NCBI GenBank assembly: GCA_963711895.1
Contig: CAVQFU010000007.1
Span: forward strand, 270,506 to 334,505
Length of the DNA: 64,000 bases
Direction of reading: 5' to 3'
From: an uncultured Acidobacteriota bacterium
Lineage (GTDB): Bacteria > Actinomycetota > Acidimicrobiia > Spongiisociales > ZC4RG35
Below are positions 49,385-59,144 of the stretch, piece after piece. The translations under genes were made by a program, and so were the position numbers. How positions within the stretch are numbered: position 1 is the stretch's first letter; the number at the start of each line of letters is the position of its first letter. Below the pieces are notes generated by a model, which was not told the DNA's origin, did not search any database, and saw nothing but the letters and a program-made list of their open reading frames with translations.

Positions 49385-52147
49385 ATGTCCTCCCGCATGA
49401 CAAGTGCTTCAGCTCCGCAGATCGCGGACGAATCAACACCCTTGGTGCCACCGGACGCGCCCCGCGTCAAGGTGATCGTCACCCTGGTGGAGGGCGCCGA
49501 CCTCGAGGCGGCCCTCGCCACCGTGGACCGACAAGTCTATGAAGGCGTCCATGAGGTGGTGGTCATCGGTGACGGAAACGGCGATTTACCAGTCGGGGTG
49601 AGCCGGATGACGACCCTGGAAGAGGCCATCGCCGTCACCGGGGCAGAGGTCGACTACCTCTGGATTCTGCACTCCGATGCCAGGCCCAGGCCCGATGCGC
49701 TGGCGGCCCTGGTCTGGGAGCTGGACCGAAACGAAGCCTCGCTCGGCGGATCCAAGCTGCTCTTTGCGGGGACCCGGGACGAGCTGGAGTCGATCGGGAG
49801 CGCCACGGATGTGTTCGGCGACCCCTACACCGGGCTCGACGAAGGGGAGATCGACCTCCAGCAATACGACGTCGTGCGTGAGGTCGCCTTCGTGTCCTCG
49901 GTGTCGATGTTGGTGCGACGTGACCTGGCGCAGGGGCTGGGCGGCCTCGACGAGCTCCTCGAGCCGGTGGCTGCCGGGCTCGACTTCTCCCAACGAGCTC
50001 GTCTGGCTGGAGGGCGGGTGATCACCGTCCCTTCGTCGGAGGTCTATCACCAGGCCCGATGTGAGGAGAGGTCAGGTGGATGGCGGGAGGAAGCCGGCCG
50101 TTTGCGGGCCATGCTCAAGGCCTACCGGCCCATCACCCTGCTCTGGGTGGTGCCATTCGAGATCCTCGTCTCGGTCCTCGACTCGCTGGCCAACCTGATC
50201 CTCTTCCGCTGGCGCGTGGGTGCTCGCCACCTCATCTCGTGGCTCTGGAACATCCGGCACCTGCCTTCGACGATCGCCGAGCGCCGTCGATTCCGACAGG
50301 TTCGGGCAGTCGGTGACGAGGAGTTGTTCAGATTCCAGTCGAGAGGCTCTGTCCGCCTGCGAGAGGTCGGGTCGGAGCTCACCGATCGTGTTCTTTCCAT
50401 CTTCGACGACGATCAGGCGCTCGCCCGCGGCACCAGGAGGATCTGGTCGAGCCCGGGGATCTGGGGCGCCCTCCTGGCGGCTGTTGTGGTCGTCGTGGCC
50501 TCGTGGTCGATCTTCTTCGTGGGCGTCCCCAACAGTGGCTACAACTTCCCCTTCGAGCCTCCGACAGTCGCCCTCGACCGGTTCTTTGCCGGATGGAACG
50601 ACTCGGGACTTGGCTCGGCTGACGCCGTCCACCCGGCCTCCGGGTTCACCGGGCTGATCTCGCTGGTCTGGTTCGGCGCAGAGGGAGCTGCCCGCACGAT
50701 CGCAACCGTCCTCTTCGCCGTGCTGGCCGTCCTGGGCATGGGCCGACTCGCAGGTCGTCTCGGTTTCCGGGGGCCGGGTCGCTATCTCGCCGGCCTCGTG
50801 CTCCTCGCCGGCCCGGGGACGGCACTCATCGTCGGCGCCGGATCCTGGCTGGCCCTGGGCGCGGCCGCCTTCCTGCCCTGGGCAGTCCGCTCCGTGATCC
50901 TCCACCCTGACGACTGGGGGAAGAGTTGGTTGACCCATGTCGGCTGGGTCCTCGTCTGGTCGATCCTGCTCACCTCGGTCTCACCGTTGCTCGGTGTGAT
51001 TCCGTTGGTCTCGGCCCTGCTCTGGCGTCTCGTAGGCGGGAGCCGGTCCTCCCTTCGTCTCGGTCTGGCCACCCTCTTGGCCGGGGTGGTGGCCGTGGGA
51101 TTCGTGTACGACGACCAAGGTTGGTTGCTCGACATCGATCGTCGGCTGGGTATGGCGGTCCCCGACTGGTGGCCCGTTCTCATCGCCGTCACCACGATTC
51201 CTCTGATGCTCGTCGAGGGCCGCACCCGACGACTTGGCTTCTTCGGGGCCCTGGTCGGTCTAGGCGGTCTTCTCCTGGTTCGACTGCCATTCGGGGGACC
51301 GGGGGTGGAGGAAGCGGCCCTGGTGCTGGCGTCGTTCGGCTCGGCGATCGTCGTTGCCGCCGCCCTCGATCGTCTCAGTATCGAACCCCGCCGTCTCCTG
51401 GCCTCGATCGGCGCTATTGCCATGCTCCTCGTCTCGGTGGTGGGCCTGGTCAACGGCCGTCTGGGTCTTCCGACCGGCGACATCAACGACCGTCTCGAAT
51501 TTGCCTCGACGCTGGCCGAGCAGGCGAGTCCCGGGCGTGTCCTGGTGATGTCGACTGACCGCGGTCTGATCCCTGGCGAGGCGCGGCCGGGCCCTGGCAT
51601 CTGGTATCGAGCGGTGGACGGTCAGGGGACAACTCTCGACGAAGTGTGGCTGCCAGAACCGCAGCCTGGCGATGTCCAGCTCGCCAATGCCATCGACCGC
51701 ATCGCCAGTGGCGCCGACCTGAGACCGGGCGAGTTGCTGGCCGAGTTCGCCATCGACTGGGTGGTAGTGGAGGGCACGGAGACGCCGTTGGATCCGATCC
51801 TCGACTCGCAGGTCGACCTCGTCCCGACCCCGCTCGTCACGGATGCGGACGTGTTCGAGAACCCTCGAGTCGATCCGCTGGCCTCGGTCGAAGAGGGTGT
51901 CGTCTGGCACCGGGAGGGCACCGGATTCTCCGGTCCGGCCTCGTCTGGGCCGGCTGTGCTCAGGATCAACTACTCGCATGGTTGGGAGCCCCAACCTGAA
52001 TTGGAGGACTGGTTCACCACAGTCTCTGGAGTGGGTGGGAGGGCGGTGTTCTCGGCGACGGGGTATCTCTCATACGCTCCGTATGCCGCCGCCATGCTCT
52101 TCGTCCTGGCGTTGGGCCTCCTTTTTTGGGGGAGGACCAGGCGATGA
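49385..52147 (+). CDS. Family 2 glycosyltransferase domain fused to a ~650-aa polytopic membrane domain
   Basis: The N-terminus has VKVIVTLVEG...VVVIGDG...LWILHSDARP...VSSVSMLVRRD (GT2-like), followed by many TM helices. I chose the ATG at 49385; the track start is the TTG at 49358. Confidence 0.7.
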   Translation: MSSRMTSASAPQIADESTPLVPPDAPRVKVIVTLVEGADLEAALATVDRQVYEGVHEVVVIGDGNGDLPVGVSRMTTLEEAIAVTGAEVDYLWILHSDARPRPDALAALVWELDRNEASLGGSKLLFAGTRDELESIGSATDVFGDPYTGLDEGEIDLQQYDVVREVAFVSSVSMLVRRDLAQGLGGLDELLEPVAAGLDFSQRARLAGGRVITVPSSEVYHQARCEERSGGWREEAGRLRAMLKAYRPITLLWVVPFEILVSVLDSLANLILFRWRVGARHLISWLWNIRHLPSTIAERRRFRQVRAVGDEELFRFQSRGSVRLREVGSELTDRVLSIFDDDQALARGTRRIWSSPGIWGALLAAVVVVVASWSIFFVGVPNSGYNFPFEPPTVALDRFFAGWNDSGLGSADAVHPASGFTGLISLVWFGAEGAARTIATVLFAVLAVLGMGRLAGRLGFRGPGRYLAGLVLLAGPGTALIVGAGSWLALGAAAFLPWAVRSVILHPDDWGKSWLTHVGWVLVWSILLTSVSPLLGVIPLVSALLWRLVGGSRSSLRLGLATLLAGVVAVGFVYDDQGWLLDIDRRLGMAVPDWWPVLIAVTTIPLMLVEGRTRRLGFFGALVGLGGLLLVRLPFGGPGVEEAALVLASFGSAIVVAAALDRLSIEPRRLLASIGAIAMLLVSVVGLVNGRLGLPTGDINDRLEFASTLAEQASPGRVLVMSTDRGLIPGEARPGPGIWYRAVDGQGTTLDEVWLPEPQPGDVQLANAIDRIASGADLRPGELLAEFAIDWVVVEGTETPLDPILDSQVDLVPTPLVTDADVFENPRVDPLASVEEGVVWHREGTGFSGPASSGPAVLRINYSHGWEPQPELEDWFTTVSGVGGRAVFSATGYLSYAPYAAAMLFVLALGLLFWGRTRR

Positions 52148-53436
52148 CCAAGGCACTCCTCGCCATCTTGGTCGCCGCAATGACCGTGGGGGTGTTGCTC
52201 ATCCCGAGCCCCGAGCAGCCCCAGGCCGACGAAGTTGCCGCCGTCGACGCGCCGGCAGTGGCGGTGTGCCCGGTGGAGGAAGGGAGTGGCCGCACCACGA
52301 CCATCGGGGTCGCATCCGGTGTCAACGGCGAGGGCCGTTTCACGCCGTTTGCTGCCGGGGTGTCCGTCGGCTCGACCACGTTCTCGACAGGCGCGTCCGG
52401 CTCGGCGGCGATTCCGATTGCCGAGATCGCCCCGATTGGAACCGGCGCCGGCCTCGCCGAGTTGCCGGGGCTTGACGTGGCGGCCGGCTCGGTGCTGGTG
52501 GGTGCCCAATCCGTAGCCGTCGAAGCCTGTGTCCCCACTCCCATCCAGCAGACTTTGCTGGCCGGCGGCTCCACGGTGAGCGGCGAGCGATTCCAGGTGC
52601 AGTTGATGAACCCCTATGCCGGTGAGGCCGCTGTGGATCTGATCGTCCAATCGGAGTCCGGTCTCGAGGCCGCCCCGCAGCTACGAGGCATCATGGTGCC
52701 TTCCCGCTCGACGGTCGTCATCGACCTCGCAGAGATCCTCCCGGGGAGACAATCCCTCTCCATCACCATCGAGGTGGCGAGAGGAAATGTCATGACGGCA
52801 GGTCGATTCGACGCCGGTGCTGACGGTGCCCTCTGGCATTCGGTGCCGCCGGCGCTCGATTGGTACCTCCCCGTGCCGGCGGCCGGTATTGGCGGCGATG
52901 TGGTCATTTCGACGGGTGCCGCCGCCGAGGTGGCGTTCCAGGTGGACGTCTACGGGCCCCAGGGTGTAGTGGAGGGACTCCAGGACGGTGTGGTGCCCAG
53001 CCGAGGGGCCACAATCCTCCCGCTGTCAGAGCTGGGACTCCAGGGCGCATCTGCGATCAGAGTGATCTCGACCCAGCCGGTGGCCGCCTTCCTTCGCAGT
53101 GTCTCTCCGACCGGTGTCGCCATCACCAGCGGCGCCTCGGTGACCTCATCCAGCTGGTTGCTCCCTGGCGCCGGGTTGGCTCCGGGCGGGACCGGGACCG
53201 CCGTGATCCTCAATGCCGGGCTCGAAGAGGATGTGGTGGTGGTGACCGCGCGCCGCGATCAGTCGGCGGCACAGGAGCATCCGATCCCGGCCGGCATGGT
53301 TCTGGAGCTTCCTGCGGTCGAGGGCGGCGCCAACGCCTATGCGGTGAAAGGTGCCGGCTCGCTGGTACCGCTGTGGGCGACCACCACCGCCACCGGCGCC
53401 GCCTACAGCATCGGCGTGCCGATCATCGATGAATGA
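52144..53436 (+). CDS. Membrane-anchored/secreted protein of unknown function, probably DUF5719-like
   Basis: The ATG overlaps the upstream stop (ATGA). An N-terminal anchor MTKALLAILVAAMTVGVLL is followed by an Ala/Gly/Val-rich beta-type sequence containing QVQLMNPYAGEAAVDLIV. The family assignment is from memory only. Confidence 0.5.
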   Translation: MTKALLAILVAAMTVGVLLIPSPEQPQADEVAAVDAPAVAVCPVEEGSGRTTTIGVASGVNGEGRFTPFAAGVSVGSTTFSTGASGSAAIPIAEIAPIGTGAGLAELPGLDVAAGSVLVGAQSVAVEACVPTPIQQTLLAGGSTVSGERFQVQLMNPYAGEAAVDLIVQSESGLEAAPQLRGIMVPSRSTVVIDLAEILPGRQSLSITIEVARGNVMTAGRFDAGADGALWHSVPPALDWYLPVPAAGIGGDVVISTGAAAEVAFQVDVYGPQGVVEGLQDGVVPSRGATILPLSELGLQGASAIRVISTQPVAAFLRSVSPTGVAITSGASVTSSSWLLPGAGLAPGGTGTAVILNAGLEEDVVVVTARRDQSAAQEHPIPAGMVLELPAVEGGANAYAVKGAGSLVPLWATTTATGAAYSIGVPIIDE

Positions 53437-53779
53437 CGTCTGGCTCCGGCTGGCGATCGTCGCCGGGGTGGTCGCCATCTCGCTCCTCATCATCTTGATG
53501 ACACGTCGTCGGCCCGGGCAATCGGAAGCCCGCGATGGTGGGGGGCTCGACCCGGGGATCTATCTCTTCACTTCGGCGACCTGCTCCGACTGCGCGGGTG
53601 CGCGGGCACGACTGGCCCACATGCTGGGCAGCGCCGGATACGTCGAGATCAAGTGGGAAGATGAACCAGGTTTGTTCACCCGGCTTGGCATCGATGCCGT
53701 TCCCTGCACCGTCGTCGTCGGTGAGGACGGGTCGGCCTCACTCAACCCCGGGATGCCGATCGGGCGCTCCGAGACTTGA
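53429..53779 (+). CDS. Membrane-anchored thioredoxin/glutaredoxin-fold protein (CxxC)
   Basis: The ATG at 53429 overlaps the upstream gene by 8 nt. A TM helix is followed by IYLFTSATCSDCAGA (CxxC) and AVPCTVVV (cis-Pro-loop-like). Confidence 0.55.
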   Translation: MNDVWLRLAIVAGVVAISLLIILMTRRRPGQSEARDGGGLDPGIYLFTSATCSDCAGARARLAHMLGSAGYVEIKWEDEPGLFTRLGIDAVPCTVVVGEDGSASLNPGMPIGRSET

Positions 53780-53819
53780 ATCCTTGAACAGGGATGCCCC
53801 AACACCTACCGTTTCCGGC

Positions 53820-54041
53820 ATGATTCTCAGTTGTGCCCGATGTGGCTCGCCGGCTGCCGCCCTCATGACCTTCTCCTACCCGAATAGTTCGGTCTGGATG
53901 GACGACCTCGTCAACGGCGTCGAGCGACATGGGTACGCCATGTGTGCCGATCATGCCGATCGCATGATTCCTCCTCTCGGGTGGACGCTGACCGATCGAC
54001 GGACCGTCACCCGACTCTTCGCCCCGCTCTCCGTGGCCTGA
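53820..54041 (+). CDS. DUF3499-family small Cys/His-rich protein
   Basis: MILSCARCGSPAAALMTFSY...YAMCADHADRMIPPLGWTLTDRR matches my memory of DUF3499 (Rv3258c-like). It occupies the same neighbourhood, near manB and cofD. Confidence 0.65.
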   Translation: MILSCARCGSPAAALMTFSYPNSSVWMDDLVNGVERHGYAMCADHADRMIPPLGWTLTDRRTVTRLFAPLSVA

Positions 54042-54319
54042 TGGCCCTCGACCGCGATCTCCTCGACGCGGTCAAAGATCTCGACGAGCACGATCTCCGA
54101 CGGCTCCTGATTTTGACCCGCGCCCAACTGCAGGGCTCGGGTGCCCTCGGCGCCGACGACCACCCCGAAGTCCATCTCCGGCAGCAGGCGGTGCGATGCG
54201 GGAAGTCGGGCTGCACCCGATGTCCCCATGGCCCTTATTGGTACGCATATTGGACCGAGAACGGGCGGAGGCGAAGCCGTTACGTGGGCCGTCTCCTCGA
54301 CGAGGAGGCATTGTTGTAG
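54041..54319 (+). CDS. Small hypothetical protein with a C-terminal zinc-knuckle-like motif
   Basis: The ATG overlaps the DUF3499 stop (TGATG). The motif is VRCGKSGCTRCPHGPYWYAYWTENGRRRSRYVG. Confidence 0.45.
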   Translation: MALDRDLLDAVKDLDEHDLRRLLILTRAQLQGSGALGADDHPEVHLRQQAVRCGKSGCTRCPHGPYWYAYWTENGRRRSRYVGRLLDEEALL

Positions 54320-54364
54320 GGCCGCGACGGTCGTACCATGTGCCTTCCCCAGCTTCGAGACGAG

Positions 54365-54541
54365 ATGAACTGTCCACAGTGCTCAAAACCTGATGTGATC
54401 GAGATCGAGCACGTCCTTCCCGACGGGACCCAGGTGCTGTTCTTCGCATGTCACAACTGCGAGGAGAGATGGTGGAACCGGGATGGCGAGGACATCGACA
54501 TCTCGCAGGTTCTGGAGATCGTCCGACAGCATCGCGCGTGA
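54365..54541 (+). CDS. Small zinc-ribbon protein (CxxC...CxxC)
   Basis: MNCPQCSKPDV...FFACHNCEERWW is present. Its stop overlaps the GTG start of the next gene (GTGA). Confidence 0.45.
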   Translation: MNCPQCSKPDVIEIEHVLPDGTQVLFFACHNCEERWWNRDGEDIDISQVLEIVRQHRA

Positions 54542-56874
54542 CAACTCCAAGGTCTCTCTTACGGGGCAATCCCTGGCCGGTCGTCCTCACCCTCGCCGGC
54601 ATCTCTCTCGTCATCCTCATTGTGATGAATCCCTGGTGGATCGTGTCGTCCACGACTCCGACCGGCGGCGACATGGGGGCTCACGTCCTCGGTCCCGCCT
54701 TCCTTAGAGACAGCCTCCTTCCCGAGGGCAGAATCCAGGGGTGGTCGAACGACTGGTTCGCCGGTTTTCCCGCCTTCTACTTCTACTTCCCGCTGCCGTC
54801 GCTGACCATCGTGTTCCTGGACTTGTTCATGCCCTACGGGGTGGCGTTCAAGGTGGTCACAGTCATGGGCCTGCTGGCAACGCCACCAGCCGCCTATTAC
54901 CTGGCTCGCTCGATGCGACTCGGGAAGCACATCTCCCTGGTGGCAGCCGGTGCGGGAGTGGTCTTCGCCTTCTTCGAGAGCTATTCGATCTACGGGGGCA
55001 ACATTGCCTCCACGCTTGCCGGCGAGTTCGCCTACTCGTGGTCTTTTGCCCTCTCCCTGCTCTATCTCGGGCTACTAATCCGGGCGGTCCGTGACGATCG
55101 GCGATATCTCAAATGGGCGGCTCTTGCCCTGGCCGCCACTGCGCTCTCCCACGTGCTGACGACGATCGTCGTCATCTTCGCCTCCCTGTTCGTCCTGCCC
55201 TGGCGGAAGGGATTCTGGCGCACCCTCGCCATCTGGCTCTGGGGTTTTGCCATTGCCGCGTTCTGGGCGCTGCCGCTGATCGCACGCATCGGTTTCAGCT
55301 CGGACATGTCATGGACCCCGCTGTCCCGTTGGGAGGAGATCTTCCCGGTCGAGCTGTGGCTCTTGCTCCCGCTGGCCATTCCGGGTGCGGTCTGGATCAG
55401 CCGTCGAACCTCACGGGCCGCGCCGTTGCTGGCCGCGACGATTCTCCCGGTCCTCTACTTCCCTCTTCCCCACATCATGCCCGAGCTGCTCCCGACCGTT
55501 TTCGGCGGGGAACGATGGAAGCTGTGGAATGGCCGGCTCCTTCCGTACTGGTATTTCGGGGTTGCCTTCTTCGCGGCTGTCGGTGTCGGGGCGGCCATCA
55601 TCTGGCTGTCGCGGAGGCTGCCCTCCCGGATCTCGGCATACTGGCCGCGAGCTCTCATCGCCCTGATCACGGTCGTCGCGTGCGCTTTGGTCATCGATTC
55701 GACCGAGTTCCCGGCGTGGGTGGCAATACCGGTTGGCGTCGCCGGCGCCTTGATCGTCGGGCTCACTTTCCTTTGGGGGTCGAGTCTCTCCACCCGCACG
55801 TTCCTGACCGCGGCCACTGTTTCCATCGTGGTACTCGGGGCACTGTCCGGAGTGACCTTCGTCGACGGCTGGGCGAAGTGGAACTACGCGGGTTACGAGA
55901 ACAAGGAAAAGTGGCCTGAGTACGAGGCGCTGATGGCCGAGATCGACACTCTCCCGGAGGGAAGAGTCCATTGGGAGGCTGCCAACAAGGAGCTCGGTGT
56001 CTACGGGACGCCCATGTCCCCGATGTTGATCCCGTACTGGACCGAAGGCTCGCACCCCTCGATGGAGGGCCTTTTCTTCGAGTCTTCACTGACCACCCCG
56101 TTCCACTTCATCAACTCGTCCGAGATGTCGGAGAGACCGTCGAACCCGATACCCGGGTTGCAGTACCACACGGGTGAGATGGAACGCGGCCTCAAGCACC
56201 TCGAGCTGTTCGGCGTCGACTACTACGTTTCAGTGACGCCTGAGGCCACGGAGCGCGCTGATGGGCTTCCTGAGATGTCGAAGCTGGCCACGACCGGGCC
56301 ATTCAGCATCTACCAGCTCCCCGAGACGGAGTTGGTCGAGGTGGCATCGCACCTTCCATCGGTCTACGAGGTTCCGGAGCACGGACTGCTCGACTCGCTG
56401 ACCGGCTCTGCAACAGTCACCGGGTCGGACGGCGAGGAACTGCCGAGTTTCTTCGACATGGCTCTCACCTGGTACGAGGACGTCGACAATCTCGACAGAC
56501 TCGTGGTGACCGACGGCCCCGAGGAATGGCCCCGCATCGAGTCGATTGAAGAGAGACCCGATGTCGCCCTGGACGCGCCGGCGGACGCGGTTAGCGACAT
56601 CGTGGTCGAGAACCACAAGATCTCGTTCACCACCACCGCGGTGGGCGTGCCCCACCTCGTCAAGGTCTCCTATTTCCCAAACTGGACGGCCACCGGTGCC
56701 GACGGCCCCTGGCGGGCCACTCCGTCCCTGATGGTGGTCGTACCTAACAGCGAACAGGTCGTTCTCGAGTTCGAGGACACTTGGGCCGAGACCGGCGGGA
56801 AGATCGCCACCCTGGTAGGGGTGCTGGGTCTAGTCGGCGTCGGGATCTGGGGTGTGCGCCGCCGTCAGGCCTAG
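54538..56874 (+). CDS. Large polytopic membrane protein with a ~320-aa extracytoplasmic C-terminal domain and a terminal TM anchor, a candidate GT-C-type glycosyltransferase
   Basis: The N-terminal motif is TPTGGDMGAHVLGPAFLRDSLLPEGRIQGWSNDWFAGFPAFYFYFPLP, followed by at least 10 TM helices. I chose the GTG at 54538; the track start at 54448 overlaps the small gene. Confidence 0.6.
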   Translation: MTTPRSLLRGNPWPVVLTLAGISLVILIVMNPWWIVSSTTPTGGDMGAHVLGPAFLRDSLLPEGRIQGWSNDWFAGFPAFYFYFPLPSLTIVFLDLFMPYGVAFKVVTVMGLLATPPAAYYLARSMRLGKHISLVAAGAGVVFAFFESYSIYGGNIASTLAGEFAYSWSFALSLLYLGLLIRAVRDDRRYLKWAALALAATALSHVLTTIVVIFASLFVLPWRKGFWRTLAIWLWGFAIAAFWALPLIARIGFSSDMSWTPLSRWEEIFPVELWLLLPLAIPGAVWISRRTSRAAPLLAATILPVLYFPLPHIMPELLPTVFGGERWKLWNGRLLPYWYFGVAFFAAVGVGAAIIWLSRRLPSRISAYWPRALIALITVVACALVIDSTEFPAWVAIPVGVAGALIVGLTFLWGSSLSTRTFLTAATVSIVVLGALSGVTFVDGWAKWNYAGYENKEKWPEYEALMAEIDTLPEGRVHWEAANKELGVYGTPMSPMLIPYWTEGSHPSMEGLFFESSLTTPFHFINSSEMSERPSNPIPGLQYHTGEMERGLKHLELFGVDYYVSVTPEATERADGLPEMSKLATTGPFSIYQLPETELVEVASHLPSVYEVPEHGLLDSLTGSATVTGSDGEELPSFFDMALTWYEDVDNLDRLVVTDGPEEWPRIESIEERPDVALDAPADAVSDIVVENHKISFTTTAVGVPHLVKVSYFPNWTATGADGPWRATPSLMVVVPNSEQVVLEFEDTWAETGGKIATLVGVLGLVGVGIWGVRRRQA

Positions 56875-57567
56875 AGACTCGTCGGCCAGCGTTCGTCGGA
56901 TCGCGAACAATCCCTGCACGGTTCTCGGCACCCGTTTCACCAGCGACGAACGGGCCACCCTCATCTCCTCGACCACGACCGGCACCTCCTCGATCCGATA
57001 GCCGGCCCGCTCGGCCCGGATCACCAGCTCTGTGTCGAAGAGGTCCTGCCGACTGAGCACGGACGGGGCCAGGTGCCAGACCAGGTCGTGGCGAAAGGCC
57101 TTCATGCCGTGGGTATCGCTCACCTTTGAGTCGAGGATCGAGCGCAGCATCAGGTTGAAGACCCATGTCGCGAACCGCCTCAGGATGGGCCGTCTGTCCT
57201 GCGAGCCAGGATCGCGCTTCGAGGCGATGACCAGATCGACGTCATCCAAAGCGAGCACTCTCTTCAGGAAGTCGGCCGAGAAATAGTCGATGTCGAAATT
57301 GACCACCCAGGCAGCGTCGGCCGCGAGGAACCCATGCCGCATCGCCGAGCCGTAGTCGGCGGCGTCGAGGGACATCACCGTGACGGGACGGCCGGCTGCG
57401 ACCCGTTCGGCCACGGCTGCGGTTCCGTCGGTCGAGCCGTTCTCAACGAGGAGAATTCGGTAGGGCTCGCCTACGCCGTCCATCTGCTCGATGAGCGCCG
57501 GTATTGCCTGCGGGATGAATTCGGCCTCGTTGTACACGGGGACCACTATCGAGAAGGTGGGGCGCAT
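56830..57567 (-). CDS. Family 2 glycosyltransferase (polyprenol-phosphate sugar synthase-like)
   Basis: MRPTFSIVVPVYNEAEFIPQAI, LLVENGSTDGT and FDIDYFS are present. The upstream 340 codons of the 589-aa track ORF are antisense to manB. Confidence 0.8.
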   Translation of the reverse strand: MRPTFSIVVPVYNEAEFIPQAIPALIEQMDGVGEPYRILLVENGSTDGTAAVAERVAAGRPVTVMSLDAADYGSAMRHGFLAADAAWVVNFDIDYFSADFLKRVLALDDVDLVIASKRDPGSQDRRPILRRFATWVFNLMLRSILDSKVSDTHGMKAFRHDLVWHLAPSVLSRQDLFDTELVIRAERAGYRIEEVPVVVEEMRVARSSLVKRVPRTVQGLFAIRRTLADESLGLTAAHTPDPDAD

Positions 57568-57624
57568 CCGAGGGCAAGTGTAGAAATGAGCAAGCGATAG
57601 GCCCACCCCTAGACTCCGCCGCCG

Positions 57625-58968
57625 ATGAGCCCCGATTCCGTGTTCAAGGCCTATGACGTACGCGGGCGCACCGACAACGGGGATGTGACTCCGGATCTGT
57701 ACCGGAAGATCGGCACTGCTTTCGTTTTGCTGATGGACGCGGATGAGGTCGCCGTTGGCCGGGACTGCCGGCGATCGTCGGATGCACTGTTCGAGGCGCT
57801 GGTGGATGGGATCACTACCGCCGGCGCCGACGTGATCGACTTGGGGCAGGTGCCGACCGATCTCGTCTACTTCTACTCGGGCAAGTACTCGGTCCCGGGG
57901 GGGATGATCACTGCCTCGCACAACCCTCCGGAATACAACGGATTGAAGCTGTGCCGCGCCGGCGCCGCTCCGGTAGGGGCGGAGACCGGACTGGAGGACA
58001 TCAAGAAGGCGGTGATCGATGACGAGGCACCTCCGGCTGCCTCTGCCGGCTCGATGCGCACCGTCGACGCCATCGACGATTACGTCGACCATCTCCTCGC
58101 CATCGTCGATGGGTCTGCGATCGGTCCACTGCAGGTTGCCGTCGACGGCGGGAATGGGATGGCCGGAGTGACAATCGAGAAGGTCTTTGCCCGGCTCGAG
58201 GCCACTTTGGACGGTCTCTACCTCGAGCCCGACGGCACCTTCCCCAATCACCCGGCGGATCCCATTCAGCCCGAGAACCTGCGAGATCTCATCGCGATGG
58301 TCGACGAAGGGGGGCACGACCTGGGGGTCGCCTTCGATGGTGACGCCGATCGCGCCTTCTTCATCGACGACAAGGCGGAAGCAGTGAGTGGCAGCACAGT
58401 CACCGCGCTCATTGCCCGGTGGATGCTCGAGCGTCACCCCGGTGCCTCGATCCTCCACAACCTGATTACGTCTCGTGCAGTCCCGGAGACGATCAGAGCC
58501 GCCGGGGGCACGCCGATTCGAACCAGGGTCGGGCACAGTTACATCAAGCAGGTCATGGCGGAGTCGGGTGCTGTCTTCGGGGGTGAGCACAGCGGCCACT
58601 ACTACTTCGCGGACAACTTCCGAGCGGACTCGGGGATGCTGGCAATGCTCGTTCTCTTGCGGGTGATCTCAGAAGCCGGCCGCCCTCTTTCGGCCCTCCG
58701 TCGCGATGTGGAGCCATATCGGGCATCGGGGGAGATCAATTTCGTCGTCTCCGACACTGAAACAGCCATGAACCGCGTTGACGCCTTGTATCCCGATGCC
58801 AAAAGGGACCAGGTCGACGGGTTGTCGATCGATCTGGGGAACGTCTGGTTCAATCTGCGGCCGTCGAACACGGAGCCTCTGTTGAGGCTCAACGTCGAAT
58901 CGGCCGACCAGGACACCCTGGAAGCGACCGTGCAGGAATTGGCAGCAACTCTCGAGGAGGAGAGATGA
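57625..58968 (+). CDS. manB: Phosphomannomutase/phosphoglucomutase
   Basis: GGMITASHNPPEYNGLK contains the active-site Ser loop. FDGDADR is the Mg loop, and GGEHSGHYYF is also present. Confidence 0.9.
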   Translation: MSPDSVFKAYDVRGRTDNGDVTPDLYRKIGTAFVLLMDADEVAVGRDCRRSSDALFEALVDGITTAGADVIDLGQVPTDLVYFYSGKYSVPGGMITASHNPPEYNGLKLCRAGAAPVGAETGLEDIKKAVIDDEAPPAASAGSMRTVDAIDDYVDHLLAIVDGSAIGPLQVAVDGGNGMAGVTIEKVFARLEATLDGLYLEPDGTFPNHPADPIQPENLRDLIAMVDEGGHDLGVAFDGDADRAFFIDDKAEAVSGSTVTALIARWMLERHPGASILHNLITSRAVPETIRAAGGTPIRTRVGHSYIKQVMAESGAVFGGEHSGHYYFADNFRADSGMLAMLVLLRVISEAGRPLSALRRDVEPYRASGEINFVVSDTETAMNRVDALYPDAKRDQVDGLSIDLGNVWFNLRPSNTEPLLRLNVESADQDTLEATVQELAATLEEER

Positions 58969-59144
58969 GCCTGATCGATCCCCAGTTGGCCGCCATCCTG
59001 GTATGCCCGGTGGACAAGGCCGACCTGACGGAGGACGAGGCGACGTCCCGGCTGGTCTGCTCGGAGTGCGGTCGCAGATACCCGGTGCGGGATGGGATAC
59101 CCGTGATGCTGATCGAGGAGGCCGAAGGGGGCCCCGATGAGTGA
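58965..59144 (+). CDS. Trm112-family small zinc-ribbon protein
   Basis: A 59-aa ORF below the track cutoff: MSLIDPQLAAILVCPVDKADL...LVCSECGRRYPVRDGIPVMLIEEA. It has ATGA overlaps on both sides. Confidence 0.7.
   Translation: MSLIDPQLAAILVCPVDKADLTEDEATSRLVCSECGRRYPVRDGIPVMLIEEAEGGPDE

Noticed and set aside
53780-54541. Expectation of a WhiB-family regulator between DUF3499 and cofD, by analogy with mycobacteria.
   Set aside because: None of the small Cys-rich ORFs has the WhiB C-X(n)-C-X2-C-X5-C pattern plus the GVWGG turn. I left them as uncharacterised zinc-ribbon-like proteins.
57585-57624. TAGAAA and TAGACT hexamers between the divergent GT2 and manB genes as -10 promoter boxes, with a near-leaderless manB transcript.
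   Set aside because: This is plausible, but it rests on single hexamers with no recognisable -35 element. I cannot support it from the sequence alone.
57568-58599. The N-terminal ~340 codons of the 589-aa ORF 56830..58599.
   Set aside because: This part is antisense to manB, which has an unmistakable PGM/PMM active-site loop. The real GT2 gene starts at the internal ATG at 57567 (MRPTFSIVVPVYNEAEF).
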